Source of the DNA: an uncultured delta proteobacterium
GTDB taxonomy: Bacteria > Myxococcota_A > Polyangia > Polyangiales > Polyangiaceae
Direction of reading: 5' to 3'
Assembly: GCA_963782055.1 (NCBI GenBank)
Contig: CAWAIF010000003.1
Span: 3,936,001-4,000,000 of the forward strand
DNA length: 64,000 bases
Below are positions 43,090 to 51,644 of the stretch, piece after piece (within the stretch, counting starts at the first letter, position 1; every line of letters begins with the position of its first letter). The notes below the pieces were generated by a model, which worked only from the letters and a program-made list of their open reading frames with translations, searched no databases and was not told the DNA's origin. The translations under genes were made by a program, and so were the position numbers.

Positions 43090-43629
43090 TCAGGTCGACC
43101 GCTCGTAGACCATCAGCTCGCCGAACATGTCGGTCTCCCGGAAGCCGACGTGTCGCATGCCCACCTTCTCCAGCACACGGAGGCTGGATTGATGCCACGG
43201 GAAGGTGCACGCCTGCACCCGGGCGACCTCTCGCTGGTCGAGCGCCCAGGTCACCACCGCCGCCGTCCCCTCCGTCGCGTAGCCCTTGCCCTGGAAGGAC
43301 TCGTCCACGCCGTAGGCGACCTCGACGGTGCCGGCGTCGTCCGGCCGCCCGCTGAGGACCACGCTTCCGACGACCAGCCGCCGACGCTCCGCGCCCGCCG
43401 GGCGCGCCACGAGCACCCGCGCCCCCCAGAGCCACGCCTCCGGATCCTGCCGCAGCTTCTCGATGGGGCAGGAGAATGCGCGCTCCACGAGCGCCCGGCC
43501 CGGCCAGAGGTTGGGGAAGCGGGCGCCCACGATGCCCTCCGCGCCCGTGCGATCGCCCTGGAACACCGCCTCGACCAGGTCGCGGGTGATGGGCAAGAGC
43601 TCGAGCCTGGGTGTGAAGATCCGCTCCAC
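43090..43629 (-). CDS. RimJ/RimL-type GNAT N-acetyltransferase
   Basis: TPRLELLP, VEVAYGV...FQGKGYATE, SLRVLEKVGM. Confidence 0.85.
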   Translation of the reverse strand: MERIFTPRLELLPITRDLVEAVFQGDRTGAEGIVGARFPNLWPGRALVERAFSCPIEKLRQDPEAWLWGARVLVARPAGAERRRLVVGSVVLSGRPDDAGTVEVAYGVDESFQGKGYATEGTAAVVTWALDQREVARVQACTFPWHQSSLRVLEKVGMRHVGFRETDMFGELMVYERST

Positions 43630-43709
43630 GTTCGAGGCTTAGCGCGCGTCCGCGTCAGCGATCAACACCGCGCCGCGTCAGTCCGGGCGGTCGTGCGTCA
43701 AGGAAATGC

Positions 43710-43737
43710 TTGCTTACGGCGCGGAGGAGACTAGTTT
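43710..43737 (+). promoter_or_regulatory. Candidate sigma-70 promoter for tRNA-Pro
   Basis: TTGCTT-N16-TAGTTT followed by a GC-rich discriminator-like GCGCGCCGC. Confidence 0.3.
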
Positions 43738-43781
43738 GCGCGCCGCGGTGCGGTTCCCCTCGGGGACTCCGCGGCGTGGCT

Positions 43782-43856
43782 CGGGGCGTAGCGCAGCCTG
43801 GTTAGCGCACCAGACTGGGGGTCTGGGGGTCGGTGGTTCGAATCCACTCGCCCCGA
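43782..43856 (+). tRNA. tRNA-Pro(GGG)
   Basis: Acceptor CGGGGCG/CGCCCCG, D arm GCGC..GCGC, anticodon arm CCAGA-CTGGGGG-TCTGG, T loop TTCGAAT. CCA not encoded. Confidence 0.96.
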
Positions 43857-43863
43857 CGAGCTA

Positions 43864-43898
43864 GGCAGCCAAGCGAAAGCTTGGCTCGCCTCTTCTTT
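43864..43898 (+). terminator. Intrinsic terminator-like hairpin after tRNA-Pro
   Basis: AGCCAAGC-GAAA-GCTTGGCT stem-loop followed by a pyrimidine/T tract. Confidence 0.6.
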
Positions 43899-43954
43899 CC
43901 GGCGGGTACGGCTCCACCATGCCGCACTGCGCCGTTTTGGCGGCACGCGGGGCG

Positions 43955-46624
43955 TCACCGCCCGAGCGACTTGCCGTCGCCGTCGGCGTCCACCCAGAGC
44001 GCGCCGGTGAAGGCGAAGGGCATGACCTCGTCCGGGTCCCCCGCGAGCACCGGGGAGAGGGGGTCCTTCCCGCGCGCCAGCACCACGAACGCGTCGTCCT
44101 GGTCCACGTCCAGCGAGAAGACCACGTCGGCGGTCATCGCGCCCGACCTCGCCGGCCTCAGCTTGACCGGCGTCCACGCCGCCGGCGCGCCGGCGGGGCT
44201 CGCGGCGTCGCTCCCCGGCTTCTTCCTCGGCCCGACGGCGCGCAGCACCGAGACGCCGTCCACGTGCACCCACGGGGCGCACTCCACGTGCACCTGCACG
44301 CGCAGCTTGCCACCCTTCGCCCGCGCGACGCCCCCCACGCGCGCGCCGCCGGCGGTCACCCGCAGGAAAGGGCCGTTGGTCACCACCACGTCGCGCCGGA
44401 CGCGCAGGGCGTCCACGAGGTCCCGTGTGCGCGCCCCGTTCCACGCGTCCAGATCGCGGTCGTCGCCGACGCGCACGTAGGTGCGCGGGTAGCCCGCCTC
44501 CTGCCGGACCATGCCGTGGGTGTCGGTGTTGCCCGTCAGCGTGACCGGGTGGCCGGTGCGCAGCAGGGCGAGGGCGTCGGGCAGCACCAGATCGCGCGAG
44601 CCGACGTTGCGGCCGTTCCACACCTCCAGCGCGTCGAAGCCGGGGTCGTAGCCCGGATCCTTCCCCACGCCGGTGGCGCGATCGAAGCGGTAGCGGTCGA
44701 AGTAGCCGGTGGACCCCGAGCGCGGGTGGTTGATCTGCAGCACGAACTCGCCGCGATCCCGCCGCAGCGCCTCGAACAGGGCGCGGGCCCCACCGTCGCC
44801 GATGGCCGGGGCGCCGCCGCGCGGCTTGTCCGGGTCGGGGACGAGCGGGAAGACGTTCGCGTGGCCCCACGGGTGCGGACTGGCGTCGCTCGTCAGCTCG
44901 TCGCCGGGGATCTCCACCAGGTGCTGCTGCACGTGGAGGTCGCGCACCACCGGCATCAGGTCGGCGACGACGTTGTGCTCGCTGGCGACCGCCACCTCCA
45001 CGCCCTCGGCGACGTTGCCGATCACGCGGTCTCGGGTGGAGGTGGGCGCGTCGATGCCCAGCATGGTGTGCTGGTGGAAGTCGGCGGCGACGTACCCGGT
45101 GGTGTCCACCACGCGCCGCAGCACGCACCGGTCGCCGCCGCACGCGTCGGTGAGCGCGCCCGGCTTGACGTCCACGTCCACCGTCGCGAGCGCGTACTCC
45201 GGCCCGCGCGAGAGCACCAGCCGGTAGCGCCCCGGCGCCACGGCCACGTCCACCACGCCCGTCGGCGTCGTGACCTGGTTGCGCGCCGGCCCCGCCATGT
45301 GCGGGGGCCCGAAGTCGGGCGAGGAGCTGCCGCCCAGGCCGACGAGGGTCGCCTTGCACGGCACCGCCACCCGGTTCTGCTTGACGCCGCTGCCCGCCGC
45401 GAGCTCGACGCAGGCCGCGTGCAGGCGCCCCGGCGCGCTCACCTCCAGCGTCGCCTTCGCCGTCTCGCCCGCCTGCACGGTGACGGGCACCTTGGGGCCG
45501 CGCGAGGCGCGCCCGCCGCCGCCGAGGAAGGCGAGGAGGTACTTCCCGGGCGGCAGCTCCCCGCCGAGGACGCCCTGCGACGCGCGCAGGTCCATCACCG
45601 GCTTGCCCAGCGGGTTCTGTACCTCCACGTCGGCGTAGTCCGGCGCGGGCACGCGCGCGCCGGTGTCGTCGGTGAGCGCGACGTCGACCGTGCCCACCGA
45701 CCCGCCGGAGGCCTTCGTCAGCTCGGCCACCAGGCCGCTGACGTCGGCGCGCGGGCCGACGATGAAGACGCGCGCGTAGTCGGCGCCCTTGCCCGGGTCG
45801 ATGACCATCGTCTTGGACTGGAGGGTGTCGCTCCAGGAGGGCCCGTTGACCGCGTCGATCTGGCCGTCGGTCGTGGTGAGGGCGTAGCTCACGTACCGGC
45901 CGATGCCGCCCAGAAAGGAGCCGCTGGAGTAGCCCCTGTGGAAGCCGCGCCCGCGGTCCGGAGAGAACTTCTCCGCGCCGCCCCACTGCACGGCGTCGCC
46001 CAGGCGCACACCGCCGATGGCGTGGTCGCCGTGGTTGCGCAGGTGCGTCTCGATGAGCAGCGCGCGATCCCCCGGCCTCAGGGTGTAACGCGTGGTGACC
46101 GCGAGCGCCGGCTCGTTGAGCAGGTGGCCGCTCGCCTCCACCCAGGCCGCGCCGTCCCTGGAGGCGCCGCTCTTGAGCGAGTCGTAGACGCCCTGGCTCG
46201 GGAAGGTCCCGAGGGAGGTGAAGATCTGCCCCAGCTCGTCCTTGCGCGCGCGCGCGTCCGCGGCGTCGACGATGTTGCCGCCGCTCTCGGCGAAGCCCAC
46301 GCCGCCCCACGGGATGCCCCCGCCCTGCGCGGGCGCGGCGAGCTGATCGATGACGAAGACGACCTCGTCGTTCTGGAGGATGAGGTCGCCGGCGCGGCCG
46401 ATGGCGTTGGGACCGCCCAGCAGGTCCGCCGCCGTCATCACCCGCACGCGCGCGGCCGCGGCGATGGGCGTGGCGCCCGCATGATCGCCGCCATGGCCGA
46501 TCCAGAGCGCGCGGGCGGCCGCGCCCGGCGTCACCTTCACCTGCGGGGTGTAATCCGCCCCCGGGCCACAGCTCGCGAGGACGCCGAAGGCCCCCGCCAG
46601 CGCGACCGCGTGCCTAGCGCCCAT
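43955..46624 (-). CDS. CehA/McbA-like PHP-fold metallohydrolase lipoprotein
   Basis: Lipobox LASC, SRGPEY, metal ligands ADFHQHT, SEHN, GHAN, INHP, GNTDTH, and VVTNGPF. Confidence 0.82.
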   Translation of the reverse strand: MGARHAVALAGAFGVLASCGPGADYTPQVKVTPGAAARALWIGHGGDHAGATPIAAAARVRVMTAADLLGGPNAIGRAGDLILQNDEVVFVIDQLAAPAQGGGIPWGGVGFAESGGNIVDAADARARKDELGQIFTSLGTFPSQGVYDSLKSGASRDGAAWVEASGHLLNEPALAVTTRYTLRPGDRALLIETHLRNHGDHAIGGVRLGDAVQWGGAEKFSPDRGRGFHRGYSSGSFLGGIGRYVSYALTTTDGQIDAVNGPSWSDTLQSKTMVIDPGKGADYARVFIVGPRADVSGLVAELTKASGGSVGTVDVALTDDTGARVPAPDYADVEVQNPLGKPVMDLRASQGVLGGELPPGKYLLAFLGGGGRASRGPKVPVTVQAGETAKATLEVSAPGRLHAACVELAAGSGVKQNRVAVPCKATLVGLGGSSSPDFGPPHMAGPARNQVTTPTGVVDVAVAPGRYRLVLSRGPEYALATVDVDVKPGALTDACGGDRCVLRRVVDTTGYVAADFHQHTMLGIDAPTSTRDRVIGNVAEGVEVAVASEHNVVADLMPVVRDLHVQQHLVEIPGDELTSDASPHPWGHANVFPLVPDPDKPRGGAPAIGDGGARALFEALRRDRGEFVLQINHPRSGSTGYFDRYRFDRATGVGKDPGYDPGFDALEVWNGRNVGSRDLVLPDALALLRTGHPVTLTGNTDTHGMVRQEAGYPRTYVRVGDDRDLDAWNGARTRDLVDALRVRRDVVVTNGPFLRVTAGGARVGGVARAKGGKLRVQVHVECAPWVHVDGVSVLRAVGPRKKPGSDAASPAGAPAAWTPVKLRPARSGAMTADVVFSLDVDQDDAFVVLARGKDPLSPVLAGDPDEVMPFAFTGALWVDADGDGKSLGR

Positions 46625-47780
46625 GCCGTATGAGAAACCGCGCGAGGGCCTGGGCTTTGAGCAGCAGCGTCGCGACCTCGATCTGCTCGTCCTTGGTGTG
46701 GAAGCCGATGCCCCGCGGGCCGAGGCCGTCGATCGACGCGATCCCCATCGCCGAGGAGGTGCTCGCGTCGGACCCGCCGCCGATGAGGCCCGCCTCGCCG
46801 TCGCCCAGACCGGACGCCTTCGCGCAGGCGCCGTACGCGCGCATGAGCTCGGCGCTCGCCTCGGTGCGCTCGAGGGGCAGGCGCGCGATCCCGCCCGCCA
46901 GCGTGACGCGCGTCCCCTCCACCGCCGCCTCCGTCGCGACGCGCTCGAGCTCCCGCACCAGGGCCTCGCCCTCCGGCTTGCTCTCGAAGCGGATGTCCAG
47001 CTGGGCCTCCGCCCGCTCCGGCACGGTGTTCTTGCTGGTCCCGCCGGAGATGCGGCCGACGTTGACCGTCACCCCGCGCGCGTAATCGGTGAGGGCCTGC
47101 GCGCGGTCGACGAAGCGGGCGAGCGCCCAGATGGCGTTCTTGCCTTCCTTGTGCGCCGCGCCCGCGTGCGCGGCCTTCCCCTCGGCGATGGCGGTCATCC
47201 CGCCGGTGCCCTTGCGTCGCGTGATGAGGGCGTCCGCCTTGCGGCCGGCCTCGAAGACCAGCGCCGCCCGCGCGTCGCGCACCGCCTGCCGGATGACCCC
47301 CTGCCCTTCCGGCGAGCCCACCTCCTCGTCGGAGACCACGACCACCCGCAGCGGCGCGATCGCGTCCAGGCCGGAGGTCTCGGCGACCGCGCGCACCGCC
47401 CAGCCGACCACCACCAGCCCGCCCTTCATGTCCAGCACGCCGGGGCCCCGCGCGAGCTCCCCGTCGCGGCGGAAGCCCTCGAAGGTGCCCGGCGGGAAGA
47501 CGGTGTCCAGGTGGCCGATGAGCGCCAGCGGCGGCCGCGCGCTCGCGCCCGCGGAGCGGAACACCAGGTGATCGGCGAACCGTTGACTGGTCAAGAGATC
47601 CGCCGAGAGGCCCGGCACGCCGAAGGTGCGCTCCCGCAGCAGGGTGCCCACCGCCCGGCCTCCCTCCACGTTCTCGGTGAAGGAGTTGACCGTGACGAGC
47701 TCGGCGAGCTCCTCTTCCATCGCCCCCGCGCGGCTGGCGAGCCACGCGCAGGCGTCCGATTCGGCGGCTTCGGGCGGCAT
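46614..47780 (-). CDS. M20-family metallopeptidase (glutamate carboxypeptidase G2-like)
   Basis: GHLDTV, GPGVLDMKGG, SDEEVGS, FE, GKAAHAG, GGGSD, DGLGP..FH. Confidence 0.9.
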   Translation of the reverse strand: MPPEAAESDACAWLASRAGAMEEELAELVTVNSFTENVEGGRAVGTLLRERTFGVPGLSADLLTSQRFADHLVFRSAGASARPPLALIGHLDTVFPPGTFEGFRRDGELARGPGVLDMKGGLVVVGWAVRAVAETSGLDAIAPLRVVVVSDEEVGSPEGQGVIRQAVRDARAALVFEAGRKADALITRRKGTGGMTAIAEGKAAHAGAAHKEGKNAIWALARFVDRAQALTDYARGVTVNVGRISGGTSKNTVPERAEAQLDIRFESKPEGEALVRELERVATEAAVEGTRVTLAGGIARLPLERTEASAELMRAYGACAKASGLGDGEAGLIGGGSDASTSSAMGIASIDGLGPRGIGFHTKDEQIEVATLLLKAQALARFLIRHGR

Positions 47781-48341
47781 CGCCGGAGAAGGTCGGCCCT
47801 GGACGGGCCCGGCGTCAAGACGCGACGCGCGCGGCGGCTACTTCGTCGTCTCTGCGGGCGGCGGGGGCGCCGCGACGTCCCAGTCGCCCTGAGCATCACG
47901 CAGCCCCGCCACCGCGGCCGGGGGCACGCTCCAGGCAACATGCTCGGCGTCCTCTGCCGGCTGCTTCCCTTGCTTGCGCGCCTCGATCTCGGGATCGGCA
48001 AAACCAGTGAGCATCATGATCGTGTCAGCCTCTCTCCACCCGCCGCCTGGGCACTGGCCCGACCTGCCGCCGGACCCTGGTTCCCCCCTCCAAAGAAGCA
48101 CCCGCATCACCGACCACCACCGTACCCGCCGGCAGCAGCACCCAGGTGACGAGGCCGCGACATCCCAAGGAAAAGCGCCGGCCCACCATGGACTCCCATG
48201 TGAGCACGACGGATCTGCATACCTACATGTGCGCCAGCTGTCAACGGCAAAGCTGGGCCGGGGCGCGCAGGCGCGCAAGTGCGCGAGATTTGGGCTGCCC
48301 GGCCTGGCGGGGGGCGCCCCTTTTGCCTATACCGCAGGGCC

Positions 48342-49400
48342 ATGGCGAAGCAGCTGAAGGCGGCGGTCATCGGGGGGAGCGGGTACGGCGGCGGCGAGCT
48401 CATCCGCCGGCTCATGCACCACCCGGAGGTGGAGCTCGTCCGGGTGGCGTCGGTCGATTTCATCGGCGAGCCGATCTCGGCCGTGCACCCCAACCTGGAG
48501 GGGCTCACCGATCTCGTGTTCGAGGGCCTCTCCCCCGGCGAGGCGGCGCGCGGGATGGACGTGGTGCTGCTCGGCCTGCCTCACAAGGTGAGCGCGACCA
48601 AGATGCCGGAGATCATGACGACCGGCGCGCGCGTCGTGGATCTGTCCGGCGACTTTCGCCTGCGCGATCCCGCCGCGTACAAGAAGTACTACGGCGTGGA
48701 TCACCCCGCGCCGGCGGACCTGGAGAAGGGCACCTTCGTCTACGGCCTGCCGGAGCTCAACCGCGAGCGCATCCGCAAGGCGCGCTATGTCGCCTCGCCG
48801 GGGTGCTTCGCCACCACCATCGAGCTCGGCCTGCTGCCGCTCGCGCGCGCGGGCCTGCTCTCCGGCCCGGTGGAGGTCGTGGGGATCACCGGGTCCTCCG
48901 GCAGCGGCGTCAAGCCGAGCGCGGGGACGCACCACCCGGTGCGCGCGGTGAACCTGCGGACCTACAAGCCGCTGGCGCACCAGCACATCCCGGAGATCGT
49001 GGAGACGCTGGCGGCGGCGGGCGCGAAGCAGCTCGCGCTGCGCTTCGTGCCGGTGAGCGCGCCCCTCTCCCGCGGGATCTTCGCCACCTCCTTCGCCCAC
49101 GTCGACGCGTCGGTGGACGCCGACCGCATCCGGGCGATCTACGCCGAGGCGTACGCCGGCGAGCCCTTCGTGAGGGTGCCGAAGAACCGGCTGCCGGAGG
49201 TCGTCGCGGTGAGCGGCTCCAACTACGCCGAGGTGGGCGTGCAGGTGGGCGAGGCGGCGGGCGGCAAGCGCGTCGTCGCGTGCTTCTCTGCCACCGACAA
49301 CCTGATCAAGGGCGGCGCGGGCCAGGGCATCCAGAGCATGAACCTGATGCTCGGCCTGGACGAGCGCGCCACGCTGGAGGACCCCGGGGGCTACCCGTGA
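48342..49400 (+). CDS. argC: N-acetyl-gamma-glutamyl-phosphate reductase
   Basis: GGSGYGGGELIR, DLSGDFRL, YGLPEL, SPGCF, DNLIKGGAGQ. Confidence 0.95.
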   Translation: MAKQLKAAVIGGSGYGGGELIRRLMHHPEVELVRVASVDFIGEPISAVHPNLEGLTDLVFEGLSPGEAARGMDVVLLGLPHKVSATKMPEIMTTGARVVDLSGDFRLRDPAAYKKYYGVDHPAPADLEKGTFVYGLPELNRERIRKARYVASPGCFATTIELGLLPLARAGLLSGPVEVVGITGSSGSGVKPSAGTHHPVRAVNLRTYKPLAHQHIPEIVETLAAAGAKQLALRFVPVSAPLSRGIFATSFAHVDASVDADRIRAIYAEAYAGEPFVRVPKNRLPEVVAVSGSNYAEVGVQVGEAAGGKRVVACFSATDNLIKGGAGQGIQSMNLMLGLDERATLEDPGGYP

Positions 49401-50215
49401 AGGACCCGGTCGTCCTCAAGCTCGGCGGCGACGTCGCCTCCGGCCCGGCGATGGACGCGATCGCCCCCGACGTGGCGGCGCTCCGCGCGGCGGGGCGGCC
49501 GGTGGTCATCGTCCACGGCGGCGGCCCTCAGGCGACAGCGCTGCAGAAGCAGCTCGGGCAGACGCCCAACATCGTCGCCGGGCGCCGGGTCACCGACGCC
49601 GCCACGCTGGACGTGATGAAGATGGTCGTCGCGGGCAAGGTGAACGTCGACCTCTGCGCGAAGCTGCACGCCGCCGGGGCGAAGCCGGTGGGCCTGCACG
49701 GCGCGAGCAGCGGCGTCATCGCCGCGCGCAAGCGCCCGCCGAAGGTGCTCGCCGGCGGCGGCCCGGACCCGGTGGACCTGGGCCTGGTGGGCGACGTCGT
49801 CGGCCTGGACCACGCCCTGCTCTCCCTGCTGGTGGGCGCCGGCTACGTGCCGGTGCTTGCGTGCCTCGGCTGCGGGGAGGACGGACAGGTCTACAACATC
49901 AACGCCGACACCGTGGCCAACCGCGTGGCGATCGCCCTGGACGCCTCCGCGCTGCTGCTCGTCAGCGACGTGCCCGGCGTGCTGCGCGACGTGGCCAATC
50001 CCGCCTCGCGCATCCCGCGGCTCTCGCGCGAGGAGGGCAAGAAGGCCATCGAGGAGGGCGTCATCACCAAGGGGATGATCCCCAAGGTGGACGAGTCCTT
50101 CCGCGCCATCGCCGAGGGCGTGCGCGCCGTGCACATCGTGGGGAAGCTCGGCCGGGGAGACCTGGCGCGCGAGGTGGAGCAGCCGGGGAGCGTGGGCACG
50201 GTGCTCGTGCCGTGA
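49397..50215 (+). CDS. argB: Acetylglutamate kinase
   Basis: VVLKLGG, VHGGGPQ, GRRVTD, YNINADT, SDVPGV, GMIPKV, GTVL. GTGA overlap with argC. Confidence 0.93.
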   Translation: MKDPVVLKLGGDVASGPAMDAIAPDVAALRAAGRPVVIVHGGGPQATALQKQLGQTPNIVAGRRVTDAATLDVMKMVVAGKVNVDLCAKLHAAGAKPVGLHGASSGVIAARKRPPKVLAGGGPDPVDLGLVGDVVGLDHALLSLLVGAGYVPVLACLGCGEDGQVYNINADTVANRVAIALDASALLLVSDVPGVLRDVANPASRIPRLSREEGKKAIEEGVITKGMIPKVDESFRAIAEGVRAVHIVGKLGRGDLAREVEQPGSVGTVLVP

Positions 50216-50901
50216 CGGTGTCCGCGGGCCCTTCGGGCGGCCGGACGACCTCCGGCCGGACCTCAGGTCGCGTCGTCGTCGTCGACACCGGCCTGGGCAA
50301 CCTGCGGAGCGTGGTGCGCGCGCTGGAGGAGGCGGCGCGCCGCGAAGGTGTGGCGGCGTCGGTGGAGATCACCGGGCGGCCGGAGGATGTGGCGCGCGCC
50401 GACAAGCTGGTCGTGCCCGGGCAGGGCGCCTTCCGCGACTGCGCCGCCGCGCTGGAGGCCGGATTGAAGGAGCCCATCCTGGAGAGCATCCGGCGCGGCA
50501 CGCCGTACCTCGGCCTGTGCCTCGGCCTGCAGGTGCTCTTCGAGTCGAGCGAGGAGGCGGAGGGCTGCGCCGGCCTGGGCGTCATGCGCGGGAAGGTGCG
50601 GCGCCTCGCCGGCGGCACCGAGGCGCTGACCGGCCGGCGCCTCAAGATCCCGCACGTGGGGTGGAACAAGGCCGAGCCCGCGCGGCCGTCGCGCGTGCTC
50701 CCGGAGGCGGCGGAGTACTTCTACTTCGTGCACAGCTACGTCGTCGCGCCCCAGGACGCCTCGGTCGTCGCCGCGACGACGGAGTACGGCGAGCGCTTCG
50801 CGTCCGCCGTGGAGCGTGACAACGTGGTGGCGGTGCAGTTCCACCCGGAGAAGAGCCAGGCGGCGGGGCTCGCGCTGCTCGGCCGGTTCGTGAGGTCGTG
50901 A
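50212..50901 (+). CDS. hisH: Imidazole glycerol phosphate synthase glutamine amidotransferase subunit
   Basis: GNLRSV, VPGQGAF, GLCLGLQ, KIPHVGWN, YFVHSY, QFHPEKS. Confidence 0.95.
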   Translation: MTVSAGPSGGRTTSGRTSGRVVVVDTGLGNLRSVVRALEEAARREGVAASVEITGRPEDVARADKLVVPGQGAFRDCAAALEAGLKEPILESIRRGTPYLGLCLGLQVLFESSEEAEGCAGLGVMRGKVRRLAGGTEALTGRRLKIPHVGWNKAEPARPSRVLPEAAEYFYFVHSYVVAPQDASVVAATTEYGERFASAVERDNVVAVQFHPEKSQAAGLALLGRFVRS

Positions 50902-51644
50902 TGGTGGTCATCCCGGCGATCGATCTGCTCGACGGCAAGGCGGTGCGCCTGCACCAGGGGCGCTACGACGAGGTCACCGTCTACGACGACGACCCGGTGC
51001 GCCGCGCGCGCGCCTTCAAGGACGCCGGTGCGGAGCGGCTGCACGTGGTGGACCTCGCCGGAGCGAAGGCGGGCGCGTGCGTGCAGCGCGACCTGGTGCT
51101 CGCCATCGTCCGCGAGTTCGGCGCGGGCGTGCAGGTGGGCGGCGGGGTGCGCTCGCGCGGGGCGTTCGAGTCCTACGCCAACACGGGGGCCCAGCGCGTG
51201 GTGCTGGGGACCGCGGCGCTGAAGGACCTCGCGATGGTGCGTGCACTCTGCACTGATTTCCCCGGGAGGGTGATCGTCGCGGTGGACGCGAAGGACGGCC
51301 TGGTCGCGGTGGACGGCTGGACCGAGGTCTCGACCACGACCGCCGTGGACCTGGCGCGCCGCTTCGCCGACGTCCCGGTGGGCGCGATCCTCTACACCGA
51401 CGTGGCGCGCGACGGCACGCGCGCGGGGCCCAACGTGGAGGCGACGGCGCGCCTGGCGCGGGAGGCGGGTCTGCCTGTCATCGCCTCCGGGGGCGTCGCC
51501 TCGATGGACGACGTCCGCGCCCTGACGAAGCACCCGGGTGTCGAGGGCGTCATCGTCGGCCGCGCGCTCTACGACGGCTCGATCGCCCTCGACGAGGCGT
51601 TCAGGCTCCCCCTCTCCCGTGAGGGAGAGGGGGCTGGGGGGTGA
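50898..51644 (+). CDS. hisA: ProFAR isomerase
   Basis: IPAIDLLDGKAVRL, LHVVDL, QVGGGVR, YTDVARDG, IASGGV, GRALY. Confidence 0.95.
   Translation: MMVVIPAIDLLDGKAVRLHQGRYDEVTVYDDDPVRRARAFKDAGAERLHVVDLAGAKAGACVQRDLVLAIVREFGAGVQVGGGVRSRGAFESYANTGAQRVVLGTAALKDLAMVRALCTDFPGRVIVAVDAKDGLVAVDGWTEVSTTTAVDLARRFADVPVGAILYTDVARDGTRAGPNVEATARLAREAGLPVIASGGVASMDDVRALTKHPGVEGVIVGRALYDGSIALDEAFRLPLSREGEGAGG

Noticed and set aside
43782..43960. tRNA-Pro as a prophage/island attachment site explaining the baseplate-like gene
   Set aside because: No integrase, I noticed no duplicated tRNA 3' end, and the baseplate-like gene lies on the 5' side of the tRNA.
48311..48328. Sigma-54-like GGCGCCCCTTTTGC upstream of argC
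   Set aside because: Lacks the TGGCAC element and could equally be part of a sigma-70 promoter; not supportable.
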